Shown: piece after piece, positions 33,325 to 42,768 of the stretch
Layout of the letters: every line of letters begins with the position of its first letter
How positions within the stretch are numbered: the first letter of the stretch is position 1
From: Actinomycetota bacterium
GTDB lineage: Bacteria; Actinomycetota; Acidimicrobiia; IMCC26256; JAENVU01
Length of the DNA stretch: 64,000 nt
NCBI GenBank assembly: GCA_016870395.1
Contig: VGBT01000003.1
Coordinates: 74,615-138,614 of the forward strand
Direction of reading: 5' to 3'
Program-made: the position numbers and the translations under genes
Notes under the pieces: model-generated
Told to the model about the DNA's origin: nothing
Database searches by the model: none
Seen by the model: the letters and a program-made list of their open reading frames with translations, nothing else

Positions 33325-34182
33325 TCAGTAGCGGAGGTCGGCGACGATGCCGTAGTGGTCCGACGCGACCATGCCGTCGACGGGTGCGACACCGAGCAGC
33401 TCCGCGTGCAGCACGTGGCCGACACCGCCGAGCTTCGGTGGGCCCACCATCACGTAGTCGATGCGCCGGTTTACGTCGAGGTTGCTCGTCGCCCACGGGT
33501 TCTCGTTCGACCACGTGTTGCCGGCGCCCTCGCCGGCCTGCTCCCACGCGTCGCGGAACCACACGCCGCGCACCGGTGCCGCCGCTCGACCCGTCAGCAT
33601 CCGGATCTCGTCGCAGTCCGGGTCGGCGTTCAGATCGGTGCCGAGGACCGGAGGGAAGGTCCGCGGCCGTGTCTCGCGCACGAAGGCGCAGATGGCGCGC
33701 ACCTGCTCCTGACGGATCGCGCCGTGGTCGCCACGCCACGAGAGATGTGCGCAGAAGCACTGGATCGCGCCGCGCGGCCCGTCGACCTCGGCGAACACGC
33801 AGATTCGCTCCTCGCCCTCGTCGTCGACGACGCCACCCGCCTCACGCGGCAACGTCCGCACCTCGGTACGGATGATCGGCCAGCGCGAGACGATCGCGTT
33901 GCCCGCGTGCACGCCGTCGGCGACGACGAGGTTTGACGCGAACACGTGGTCGAACCCGCCGAGCGCCGTAGCCAGCTCGGCGGCCTGGGATCGACCGCCG
34001 GGCTCCTCCCAGACCTCGCACAGCAGGCAGACGTCAGGCTCGACGCGCCGGAGGTGCTCCGCGATCGCAGGGCTGCGTGCCTCCCAGTCGGCGTAGCGCG
34101 CCCACACGTTCCACGCCGCGACCCGCAGGGTGGTGTCGACCAGCGGCCCGAACCCGGGATCCCACCCGTTACCCACGCTCAC
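33325..34182 (-). CDS. Endonuclease/exonuclease/phosphatase (EEP) family protein
   Basis: WNV, DVCLLCEV, GNAIVSR, HL, DLNA, RIDY, SDH. Confidence 0.88.
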   Translation of the reverse strand: MSVGNGWDPGFGPLVDTTLRVAAWNVWARYADWEARSPAIAEHLRRVEPDVCLLCEVWEEPGGRSQAAELATALGGFDHVFASNLVVADGVHAGNAIVSRWPIIRTEVRTLPREAGGVVDDEGEERICVFAEVDGPRGAIQCFCAHLSWRGDHGAIRQEQVRAICAFVRETRPRTFPPVLGTDLNADPDCDEIRMLTGRAAAPVRGVWFRDAWEQAGEGAGNTWSNENPWATSNLDVNRRIDYVMVGPPKLGGVGHVLHAELLGVAPVDGMVASDHYGIVADLRY

Positions 34183-34219
34183 GGGTGGACCGTACCCCCG
34201 GAGGGAGCGACGATCTGGG

Positions 34220-35458
34220 CTACAGCGTCGGCGTAAACGCGCAGGGCATGCGCTTGATGCCGTGGATGAACGCGGACTGGAGCATCGCGGGCTCGCAGGT
34301 GATCTCGAGGTCGGGGAGGCGCTGGAACAGCTGCTCGAACATCACACGGATCTCGCGCCGGGCGAGGTTCGCGCCCAGGCAGAAGTGCGGGCCGCCGCCA
34401 CCGTAGCCGAGGTGCGGGTTGGGCGAGCGGGTGATGTCGAACCGGAACGGCTCCTCGAAGACCCGCTCGTCGCGATTCGCGGAGTTAAACCACATCACGA
34501 CCTTCTCGCCCTCGCGAATCGGCTGGCCGCTGATCTCGGTGTCCTGTGTGGCAGTGCGGCGGAAGTGGATGACCGGCGTGGCCCATCGGACGATCTCTTC
34601 GACCGCGTCGACTGCGTAGCGGTCGAAGTCGCTCGCCCACAGCGCGCGCTGGTCGGGGTGGTTGTGCAGCGCCCACATTCCGTGACTGATCGCGGTCCGC
34701 GTCGTCTCGTTGCCCGCGACGACGAGCAGGATGAAGAAGGACGCGAACTCGGCGACGCTCAACCGCTCGCCGTCCACCTCCGCGTGCATCAAGGTGGTCG
34801 TGATGTCGTCTGCCGGGTTGTCGAGGCGGTCCTGGCCGAGCTCCATGGCCATCTGGTACAGCACGAGGAACGCGCGCATCAGGTCGTCCATCCCCTGTAC
34901 GTACTCCGGGTCGCCCACGCCGAGGATCACGTTCGACTGCTCGAACACGGTCTGCTCCATCGACGGCGGCACGCCGACCATGTCGCACACGATCTGCAGC
35001 GGCAGTGGTGCCGCGATCTCGGCGACGAAGTCGCACTCGCCCTTCTCGGCCGCCGCGTCGATCACGCTCGTCGTCCGCGTCCGCACGTTCTCGAGCAGCT
35101 GGTTCAGCGCCTTCGGTGTGAAGCCGGCGCTGACCACGTTGCGCAGCTTCTTGTGGCGCGGGTCGTCCATGTTGATGATCGAGCCGATGAAGTCGGCGAT
35201 CTCCTGGGGGATATCGCCGATGTTCGTGCCGCCCCGGCTGGAGCAGAACAGCTCGGGGTGGCGGCTGGTGTGGACGACGTCGTCGAAGCGAGTCAAGGCC
35301 CAGAACCCCGGACCCTGCCCGTACCCCTCGATGAACGGCTCCTCGTGGAACGAGATCGGCGCCTCGTGACGCAGCCGAGCGAAGCCCGCCTCGCGCTCCG
35401 CCTCGGGTGCGGCCCAGAATTCCTGGTCACCCAGCTTGATGCCTGTGACGTCGCTCAC
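34220..35458 (-). CDS. Cytochrome P450 (CYP124/125-like)
   Basis: VAGNETTR, EEIVRWATPV, heme motif GGGGPHFCLG. Confidence 0.93.
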   Translation of the reverse strand: MSDVTGIKLGDQEFWAAPEAEREAGFARLRHEAPISFHEEPFIEGYGQGPGFWALTRFDDVVHTSRHPELFCSSRGGTNIGDIPQEIADFIGSIINMDDPRHKKLRNVVSAGFTPKALNQLLENVRTRTTSVIDAAAEKGECDFVAEIAAPLPLQIVCDMVGVPPSMEQTVFEQSNVILGVGDPEYVQGMDDLMRAFLVLYQMAMELGQDRLDNPADDITTTLMHAEVDGERLSVAEFASFFILLVVAGNETTRTAISHGMWALHNHPDQRALWASDFDRYAVDAVEEIVRWATPVIHFRRTATQDTEISGQPIREGEKVVMWFNSANRDERVFEEPFRFDITRSPNPHLGYGGGGPHFCLGANLARREIRVMFEQLFQRLPDLEITCEPAMLQSAFIHGIKRMPCAFTPTL

Positions 35459-35504
35459 GGTCGGCGTTCTCCTCGTTCGGACGGCCCAACGCTAGCGTGC
35501 GACC

Positions 35505-36395
35505 GTGCGCTTCTCGATCGGCCTGCCGACGGATCGGGTCGACGCGCCCGACGAGTTCGTGACCGGTCCCGCCATCGCCGAGATGGCGGCCGCCGTGGAG
35601 GCGGCGGGGTTCGACGCGGTGTACGTCACCGACCATCCGGCGCCCGACGATCGCTGGCTCGCCGGGGGTGGCCACCACGCCCTCGAGCCGCTCGTCGCCC
35701 TCGCGTTCGCGGCCGCGGCGACCAGCACGCTCCGCCTCCACACGCACGTCTACGTAGCCGCGTACCGCAACCCGTTCCTCGCGGCAAAGGGCGTCGCCAC
35801 CCTCGACGCGCTGTCCGGTGGCCGGGTGATCCTCGGCGTCGCGGCCGGCTACCTGCGTCCCGAGTTCGGCGCGCTCGGCGTCGACTTCGACGCGCGCAAC
35901 GACCTGCTCGACGAGTCGGTCTCGGTGATGAAGCGTGCCTGGACGAAGGACGCCGTCGCCGTCGAGGGCGCCGGGTTCCGAGCGCGGAGTGTGACCCAGC
36001 GGCCTCGCCCCGCAACCCGCCCGCATCCCCCCATCTGGGTCGGTGGCAACAGCACGCTCGCGATGCGCCGCGCGGTCGAGACCGCGCAGGGCTGGTCGCC
36101 GTTCCCGAACCCGCCGGCCGCGAGCGCCACGGTGAAGACGCCGTCGATCACGAACCTCGACGAGCTCGCCGAGCGCCTCGACGCGGCACGGGCACACGTT
36201 GCCGCGGTGGGCCGGACCGAGCCGCTCGACGTCTCCTTCTCACGCTTCACCGAGGATGACGACCCTGCCGACTACGCCGCGCTGGGCGTGACCTGGCTCA
36301 CGGCGCAGCTCGACGGTGTCGCCACCCGCGCCGACTGGCTGGAGCAGCTGCGAGCCCTCGCCGGCGCGCTGGGGATCGGGCCGCGCCCGGGGTGA
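35505..36395 (+). CDS. LLM-class (probably F420-dependent) oxidoreductase
   Basis: TDHP, YRNPFLAAK, LSGGRVILGVAAGY, PPIWVGGNS. Confidence 0.88.
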   Translation: MRFSIGLPTDRVDAPDEFVTGPAIAEMAAAVEAAGFDAVYVTDHPAPDDRWLAGGGHHALEPLVALAFAAAATSTLRLHTHVYVAAYRNPFLAAKGVATLDALSGGRVILGVAAGYLRPEFGALGVDFDARNDLLDESVSVMKRAWTKDAVAVEGAGFRARSVTQRPRPATRPHPPIWVGGNSTLAMRRAVETAQGWSPFPNPPAASATVKTPSITNLDELAERLDAARAHVAAVGRTEPLDVSFSRFTEDDDPADYAALGVTWLTAQLDGVATRADWLEQLRALAGALGIGPRPG

Positions 36396-36466
36396 TGTCG
36401 GCTCTGGCCGTGCCGCGGCAGGGTACTCTCGTTGCCGCTCGCAGGAGACGTCGAGAGGAGCCTCGG

Positions 36467-37075
36467 GTGCCGTCGGGCCGTAGCCGCATCATCCTCGTTG
36501 CTGGCGCGATCGCGGCCGCCGTGCTCCTCGCGGTGATCGCGGTGCTCCTTTTCGTCGTCGACACGGGTGGCGACGAGCAGGACGAAACCGCCCGAGCGTG
36601 GGCGCAGGAGGTTTGCGGCGACGTGCAGTCGTGGTACGACGAGGTGACGTCGTTGGACGACTTCTTCGACGCGACGTCCTCCGCCGACACGAACGGGTTC
36701 GGCGCAGCGATCGACGCGCGGGTCGCAGACATCGAGACCGCGACCCGCACGCTGGTCGACGAGCTCGAGGCCGCCGGCCTGCCCGACACCGCGACGGGCC
36801 AGGATGCCGAGCGAATCGTGCGCGACCTCGCTGCATCCCTGGAGCGTCGTGTCGAACGGGTGAGGTCCGCGAGCGACGACGCCCGTGACGGTGGGATCCT
36901 CGACGGCTTCGAGGTGATCGCGACCGTTGCCCGGGAGTTCGATGCCGGGCGGGCCGAGACGGAGCTGGCGGTGGACGAGCTTAGCGAGCTCGACCCGGCG
37001 GGTGAGCTGCAACGCGCGATCGAGCAGGCGCCCGCGTGTACTCAGCTCCGGCGTACCTTCTCTGGCGCCGGCTGA
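36467..37075 (+). CDS. Membrane-anchored helical hypothetical protein
   Basis: N-terminal TM segment, WAQEVC...C-terminal Cys; GAGGAG before GTG 36467. Confidence 0.65.
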   Translation: MPSGRSRIILVAGAIAAAVLLAVIAVLLFVVDTGGDEQDETARAWAQEVCGDVQSWYDEVTSLDDFFDATSSADTNGFGAAIDARVADIETATRTLVDELEAAGLPDTATGQDAERIVRDLAASLERRVERVRSASDDARDGGILDGFEVIATVAREFDAGRAETELAVDELSELDPAGELQRAIEQAPACTQLRRTFSGAG

Positions 37076-37076
37076 G

Positions 37077-37961
37077 ATGGCGAGTCCGCCGGGCACCGAC
37101 GTAATCCGCTACGAGCGTCCCGAGCCGCCCGAGATCGGGGTGACTGACCTCGTCCGCCGCGTGACCGATCTCGGGCTCGGCGCCCTGAGCGTCGCCAGCA
37201 CCGTCGCGGTCGACGCCATCGAGCGCTATGTGCCGCCCGAGCCGGGGGAGGGCTCGCCGACGGACCCCGGACTCCTGCGGCACGTTCCCGGTGCGCTCGT
37301 CGGGCTCGGGGTCGCCGCACAGCGTCAGGTGCTCCGCGTGACCGCCGCCGGCGAGCGCACCGTCGGCTCGACCGTCGGGGCGGTCGCCCGGACACCGGTG
37401 ATCGGCGCTCCGATCCGCGACGTGGAGGCCTACCTCGTGCGCTGGGCCGACCGAGGCGACATCGAGCAGGCGCGCAGTCGCGCCAGGCTGGGCGACCTGG
37501 TTCGCAGCCTCGCGCCGGAGCTCGCGACGGCGGTGCTCGAACAGCTCGACATCGCGACGCTGGTCGACCAGCTTCCCGTCGACGCGATCGTGGCGAAGGT
37601 CGACCTCGACGCGCTGCTCGAGCGGGTGGATGTCGACGCGATCGTGGCGAAGGTCGACCTCGACGCGCTGCTCGAGCGGGTGGATGTCGACGCCATCGTG
37701 AAGCGCGTCGACGTGGGCGCGATCATCGATCGGGTCGACCTCGGCCCGATGGTCGCGCGCGTCCTGGACGAGGTCGACATCGGTGCGCTCATTCGGGATT
37801 CGACGGGGTCGATCACGGGAGATGTCGTCGACGGCGGCCGCGTCACCGCGATGCGCGTCGACGGGGTGATCGAGCGCGTGTCGGATCGCATCCTGTTCCG
37901 GAAACGACCGCGCGACCTCGCGGTGGGCCGGGACGACGACGCCGACGGAGCGCCCTCGTGA
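37077..37961 (+). CDS. Hypothetical protein with 9-residue VDxxAxxxR repeats
   Basis: VDAIVAKVDLDALLERVD repeats; GTGA overlap with the RDD gene. Confidence 0.75.
   Translation: MASPPGTDVIRYERPEPPEIGVTDLVRRVTDLGLGALSVASTVAVDAIERYVPPEPGEGSPTDPGLLRHVPGALVGLGVAAQRQVLRVTAAGERTVGSTVGAVARTPVIGAPIRDVEAYLVRWADRGDIEQARSRARLGDLVRSLAPELATAVLEQLDIATLVDQLPVDAIVAKVDLDALLERVDVDAIVAKVDLDALLERVDVDAIVKRVDVGAIIDRVDLGPMVARVLDEVDIGALIRDSTGSITGDVVDGGRVTAMRVDGVIERVSDRILFRKRPRDLAVGRDDDADGAPS
37578..37693 (+). repeat. 54-bp exact in-frame tandem duplication
   Basis: GTCGACGCGATCGTGGCGAAGGTCGACCTCGACGCGCTGCTCGAGCGGGTGGAT x2. Confidence 0.9.
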
Positions 37962-38446
37962 CCGAAGCCATGCCGGTGCATCCGGGGATTCGCAACGAGC
38001 GCGCGCGTTCGCTCCAGGGTCGGCGCGCGGGCTTCGCCAGCCGGCTCGCGGCCGACGGCATCGACTGGGTCGTCGTCGTGCTGATCTACACGGGCATCCT
38101 GCTCGGCATCGAGCTCGCCGCGTGGCTCCTGCTCGGCGAGCAGTTCCAGGTGAAGGCACCGAAGGTTGCCTTCACCATCGGGTTCGGGTGGTCGATCCTC
38201 GTCACATACCTCGCGATCGGATGGACCGGCAACGGCCGCACCGTGGGCAAGAGCGTGATGGGCCTGCGCGTCGTCCGCGGGGACGGGACCGACCTCGGCT
38301 CGCGCAAGGCGTTCCTGCGCGCGCTGATCTGCGCCTCGTTCTGGCCGTGGGTGCTGTGCTGGTCCCTCCTCAGTCGCCGCAACGCCGGGTTCCACGACCT
38401 GCTGCTGCGCACCGCCGTGATCTACGACTGGACCTCCCGGACCTGA
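37958..38446 (+). CDS. RDD family membrane protein
   Basis: AGFASRLAADGID, GRTVGKSVMGLRVV, FHDLL. Confidence 0.88.
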   Translation: MTEAMPVHPGIRNERARSLQGRRAGFASRLAADGIDWVVVVLIYTGILLGIELAAWLLLGEQFQVKAPKVAFTIGFGWSILVTYLAIGWTGNGRTVGKSVMGLRVVRGDGTDLGSRKAFLRALICASFWPWVLCWSLLSRRNAGFHDLLLRTAVIYDWTSRT

Positions 38447-38497
38447 CCGGTCCGGGAGGTCCACGATCACTCGACGGGGCAGGGATACACTCGGCGC

Positions 38498-39091
38498 ATG
38501 GAACCGACTGTTCGCCGCACCGTGGTCGAGACCGCTCGCTACTGGTGGATCGTGCTCCTCGTGGGCGTCGCGTTCGTGATCTTCGGGACGGTGATGCTCT
38601 TCGACGTGAAGGTCGGGGCCCAAGCAGTGGGGATCATCGTCGGCGCGTTCCTGATCTTCGACGGCCTCGTGGAGCTCATCTCCGGCGGGCGGGGTGGTGG
38701 CTCGCGCGCGGTCGCGGTGATCCTGGGGCTGATTCTGGCCGCGGGCGGCGTCGTCGTGATCGTCTGGCCGGGCGTCACGTTCTGGGTCATCGCGGTCGTG
38801 CTCGGGATCACGATGATCGTGGGCGCGATCGGCCGAGTCGTGGCCTCGATCTGGCTGCGCGATGGCGGCTGGGGGCTGCGGCTCGCGCTCGGTGTCGTCG
38901 AAGGGGTCGTGGGAGTGGCGATCCTCGTCTGGCCGCGTCAGACCGCCTACGTGATCCTGCTGCTCATCGGCTGCTACGCGATCCTTTCGGGGATCATCCA
39001 GATCGTGCTCGCGTTCGAGATCAAGCGCGGACCCACCGCGGTCGTCATCGACGAGATCAGCGGCCCCGGTGGGACTACCCCCGCGTTTTAA
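38498..39091 (+). CDS. HdeD/DUF308 family membrane protein
   Basis: WWIVLLVG and repeated paired TM hairpins. Confidence 0.82.
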   Translation: MEPTVRRTVVETARYWWIVLLVGVAFVIFGTVMLFDVKVGAQAVGIIVGAFLIFDGLVELISGGRGGGSRAVAVILGLILAAGGVVVIVWPGVTFWVIAVVLGITMIVGAIGRVVASIWLRDGGWGLRLALGVVEGVVGVAILVWPRQTAYVILLLIGCYAILSGIIQIVLAFEIKRGPTAVVIDEISGPGGTTPAF

Positions 39092-39187
39092 ACCCCTGCT
39101 CAGCGCAGCCTGAGCGGCGACGACGACGTTGGCCGCTCGGTCACCGCTCACCGGTGCTCAGGCTCGAGCCGCGGGAAACCCCTCCGC

Positions 39188-40486
39188 TCAGCGAAGGGCG
39201 CCGGCTCGTTCGCGCAGCTCGTCTCGGAAGTCGGGGTGCGCGATCTCGGCCAGAGCGCGGGCCCGGTCGCGCACGGTGTGGCCGCGCAGGTGGGCGACGC
39301 CGTACTCCGTGGCCACGAGGTCCAGCTGGTGGCGCGGCGTCGTGACGATCCACCCCTCGGGGAGCGCGGGCAGGATGCGGCTGATGCGCACGCCCTCGAC
39401 GACCGAGCTCGACGGCAGGCAGACGAGGGACCGGTCTTCGAGCTCGAGGCCCGACATCGCGATGAAGTCCTCGTGGCCGCCGATGCCGGAGAACTGCCGG
39501 TCGCCGATCGTGTCGGCCACCGCCTGCCCGTAGAGGTCGAGCGCGAGCGCGCCGTTGATCGTGACCATGTCGTGGTTCGCCGCGATCACGTGCGGTGAGT
39601 TGACCACGTCGACGGGAAGGAAGCGGACGTCGTCGTTCCCGTCGAGCCACTCGTAGAGCTCGAGTGTGCCGGCCGAGAACGTGGTGATCGAGAGCCCTTG
39701 GTACTGGCCCTTGCGGCGGTTGGTGACCTTGCCGGCCCGGTGCAGGTGCATGAGCCCGGTGGTGAACATCTCGGAGTGGACCCCGTAGTCGCCGCCCTCG
39801 CCCTCGGCGAGCAGCTTCACGATCGTCGAGGGGATGCCCCCGATGCCGGTCTGGAGCGTGGAGCCGTCGTGGATGAACGGGCGGACGTGCTCGGCGATCG
39901 CGCGGTCGACGTCGCTCGGCGCGTCGTCGGGGAGCACGAACAGGTCCCGGTCGCTCTCCACGAGCAGGTCGATCTCGTCGACGTGGAGCCGGTGGGGGTG
40001 CTCGGGGTCGAGGCCGTGCGTCCACGGGAGGCGCTCGTTGGTCTCGATGACGAGCAGCCGCTTCGGGTCGGCGCCGGCGCGGTGGGCCTCCTGGATCGTG
40101 GCGCCGGCGTGGAGGGAGAGGGAGACGAAGCCGTCGCGGTCTGGGGGTGTCGCCACCGACGCGACGACGCGCGGGGCCAGACGCTCGGCGACCCGGGTGA
40201 AGCGCCGGAAGTCCGACGGGATGAACTCGACCCGCGCGCCGCTGTCGACGAGGAAGCGCTCGGCTGGTCCGTAGAAGCCCGAGAGCAAGCGCACCCCTGG
40301 GTGCGTGAACACCGCGTAGAGGTCGACGAGCAGCGCACCGAAGACGGTGAGGTCCTCCCAGTCGTCACGCGCACCGAGCGCGTGCAGGAACGCACCGGGG
40401 ATCCCGGGCCCGAGTGGGACGCCGAGCGTGTCGACCGGTCGCAGCCGCGCGACCGCTTCTTCGAGGGCTACCTGCTGGGCCGCCAT
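39188..40486 (-). CDS. Acetyl-CoA hydrolase/CoA-transferase family protein
   Basis: GSTLQTGIGGIP, HSEMF, SGIGGHEDF, TEYGVAHL, IAHPDFR. Confidence 0.9.
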   Translation of the reverse strand: MAAQQVALEEAVARLRPVDTLGVPLGPGIPGAFLHALGARDDWEDLTVFGALLVDLYAVFTHPGVRLLSGFYGPAERFLVDSGARVEFIPSDFRRFTRVAERLAPRVVASVATPPDRDGFVSLSLHAGATIQEAHRAGADPKRLLVIETNERLPWTHGLDPEHPHRLHVDEIDLLVESDRDLFVLPDDAPSDVDRAIAEHVRPFIHDGSTLQTGIGGIPSTIVKLLAEGEGGDYGVHSEMFTTGLMHLHRAGKVTNRRKGQYQGLSITTFSAGTLELYEWLDGNDDVRFLPVDVVNSPHVIAANHDMVTINGALALDLYGQAVADTIGDRQFSGIGGHEDFIAMSGLELEDRSLVCLPSSSVVEGVRISRILPALPEGWIVTTPRHQLDLVATEYGVAHLRGHTVRDRARALAEIAHPDFRDELRERAGALR

Positions 40487-40539
40487 GCCGCGGGTCTAGC
40501 CGCGCCGGCCGCTCCGCGCCAAGGACCTCCGGCCCGCGC

Positions 40540-40701
40540 TCAGGACGCGCGGCGCAGATGCGACGAGGGACGGAGCGCGCGCAGGCCCAGGCCCGTCGCG
40601 GCCACGAGCGCGATCCCGACGGCGTTCCAGGCACCGAGCATCGCGAGCGCGAGGCTCGTCACGAGCGCGCTCGGTGCGACCAACCACCACCATCTGCCCA
40701 T
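40540..40701 (-). CDS. 53-aa small membrane protein
   Basis: MGRWWWLVAPSALVTSLALAMLGAWNAVGIALVAATGLGLRALRPSSHLRRAS; GGGAG RBS; below the ORF-track length cutoff. Confidence 0.55.
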   Translation of the reverse strand: MGRWWWLVAPSALVTSLALAMLGAWNAVGIALVAATGLGLRALRPSSHLRRAS

Positions 40702-40779
40702 CGGGGGCTCCCTTCCGTCCCTGTCCGCTCGGCAGGTGGGAGCTCCGCCTTGAGACTGGTCGAGCCCGCCGGGATGCGC

Positions 40780-41618
40780 TCAGCAGCCCACCAGGAACTC
40801 GCCGATGCAGGCGTCGATGCCCGGGCCGCCGACGACCACGTCGACCCCGTCGCCTCCGTCGAGCGTGTCGCCGCGCCACTCGCCGAGCAACCAGTCGCCG
40901 CCGCCACCACCGCAGACGAGGTCGTGGCCTCCGGATCCGAAGACCACGTCGTTCCCGTCACCGGCCACGATCACGTCGGCTCCCGGCGTTCCGTGGAGGT
41001 CGTCGGCCCACCGGGTCCCCACGAGCGTGGCGACGCGACCGTTGCACGTCGGCACGGCCGTCCCGGCGGTCTGGTCCGCGGGAACCACGTTCGGGCCCAG
41101 GGGGAACGGACCGCCACGAGGGCGGCAGTCGAAGTGCACCGTCTGGTCGGACGTCGGGATCACCGGGTGCGTGACGCTGTATCGGATCGCCACGAGCGAG
41201 TACCACTGGCCGATCTGGGCGGTCACCGGCGCCGGTGACGGGGGAACGCTGAAGGAGTACGGCCCGCTCCCGGGTCCGCCGGGCGCCGTGCTGTCGAAGG
41301 CCCCCTGGACCGTGTCGCCGACGCCGTACTGCACCGTGACGGTGATGTCACGGGTGGTTCCGTCCGCGAGGGGGAATCGGAACGGAACCCCGCCCTCGAA
41401 CGTGAGCTGGAAGCCGTACTGCGATCCGGCCACGACGTCGTTCGGGTACTCGGGGATGAGCACGTTCTGCCCGGGTTCCGTGAATCCGTACTCGACGAAC
41501 AGGCAGTCGTAGCTGACGTCGCGCGCGCCCTCGTGCGCGCCGCCGGTCGTCGCGGGCGCCAGCGTCGCGCCAGCGTCGCGCCGGCGACGACGAGGAGTGC
41601 GAGAACAGATCGGGACAT
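40780..41618 (-). pseudogene. Secreted protein with RTX/hemolysin-type Ca-binding repeats, frameshifted by an 11-bp duplication
   Basis: C-terminal GTPGADVI, GDGNDVV, GSGGHDLV, GGDGVDVV repeats; signal peptide at ATG 41618 is out of frame by exactly the duplicated 11 bp. Confidence 0.75.
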
Positions 41619-41719
41619 CCGTGAGCGCGTGACCGAACGCTAGCGCCTGGCTCCTCGGGCTGCAAGGGATGGATCCGTCGAAGCGGCCGCTGGAGGAACG
41701 AAGGTACGCTGCCGGTCTC

Positions 41720-42733
41720 ATGACGGACGCCGCGTTGGGGCGCCGGAGCCTGCCCAAGCGGTGGCTCTACGTGCTCGCCACCACCAACCCGCCCGAGGGC
41801 GAGCTCGACCCCGTCACCCGGTGGCTCTGGTTGACCCGCGCGGGCGTGCTCCCGATGACGCTCGTCGCGGCCGGGCTCGCCGGGCTGCTCGCGGTCTACC
41901 GCGATGCGAGCGTCGACTGGCTCCTGTTCACGTCTGCCGCGGTCGGCATCGTGCTCGCGCACATGGCCAACAACCTGATGAACGACCTGTTCGATCTGGA
42001 GGTCGGCACCGACACCGCCGACTACCCCCGCAACCTCTACTCGCCGCACCCGGTGATCTCGGGGGCGGTGACCCGCGGCCGCCTTGTCGGCTACGCGCTC
42101 ATGGTGAACGTCGTGTGCCTCGTGATCATGATCTACCTCGCGGCCGAGCGCGGGTGGCCGGTGGTGGCGTTCGCGCTCGGTGGCTTCCTCCTCTCGGCTG
42201 CGTACACCGCACCGCCGCTCCGGCTGAAGAAGCACGGGCTGGGTGAGCCGACGGTGGTCGTGGTGTGGGGTCCCCTGATGGTGGGTGGCGTGTACTACGC
42301 CGCGACGGGGAGCATCCCCCTCGCGGTCGTGCTCGCCTCGCTGCCGTATGCGATCCTCTGCACCACCGTGCTCATGGGGAAGCACATCGACAAGGCGCCG
42401 TGGGACGGGCCGGCCGGCACGCGCACCCTGCCGGTGATCCTGGGCGACGCGCTCGCTCGCAACGTCACGCGCGCGATGTTCCTGACCTTCTACCTCCTCG
42501 TTGCCGTCCTGGTCGTCGCGACGATCCTGCCGGTGTTCACGTTGCTGGTCGTCCTGTCGTACCCGCTGCTCGCCCGGGTGTGGAAGACGTTCGGCGTTCC
42601 GAAGCCGGCGGAGTCACCGGTGCCCAACCCGGTATGGCCCCTGTGGTTCGCCCCACACGCGTTCCTGCTCACCCGCCGGGCGGGTGGTCTGCTCATCCTC
42701 GGGATGGTCGTCGGCGCGATCGTCGGGTGGTGA
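41720..42733 (+). CDS. UbiA-family prenyltransferase, MenA-like
   Basis: NNLMNDLFD, YTAPPLRLK..GLGE, D...D...G.RTL; multiple TMs. Confidence 0.85.
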   Translation: MTDAALGRRSLPKRWLYVLATTNPPEGELDPVTRWLWLTRAGVLPMTLVAAGLAGLLAVYRDASVDWLLFTSAAVGIVLAHMANNLMNDLFDLEVGTDTADYPRNLYSPHPVISGAVTRGRLVGYALMVNVVCLVIMIYLAAERGWPVVAFALGGFLLSAAYTAPPLRLKKHGLGEPTVVVVWGPLMVGGVYYAATGSIPLAVVLASLPYAILCTTVLMGKHIDKAPWDGPAGTRTLPVILGDALARNVTRAMFLTFYLLVAVLVVATILPVFTLLVVLSYPLLARVWKTFGVPKPAESPVPNPVWPLWFAPHAFLLTRRAGGLLILGMVVGAIVGW

Positions 42734-42768
42734 GGAGAGTCCGCACCGGCACGTGACCGTTCACGGGC

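Noticed and set aside
27580-34182. Anti-phage defence island (SNase, EEP nuclease, PIN toxin)
   Set aside because: The genes are unlinked, the SNase is an exported lipoprotein, and no known defence partners or mobility genes are present.
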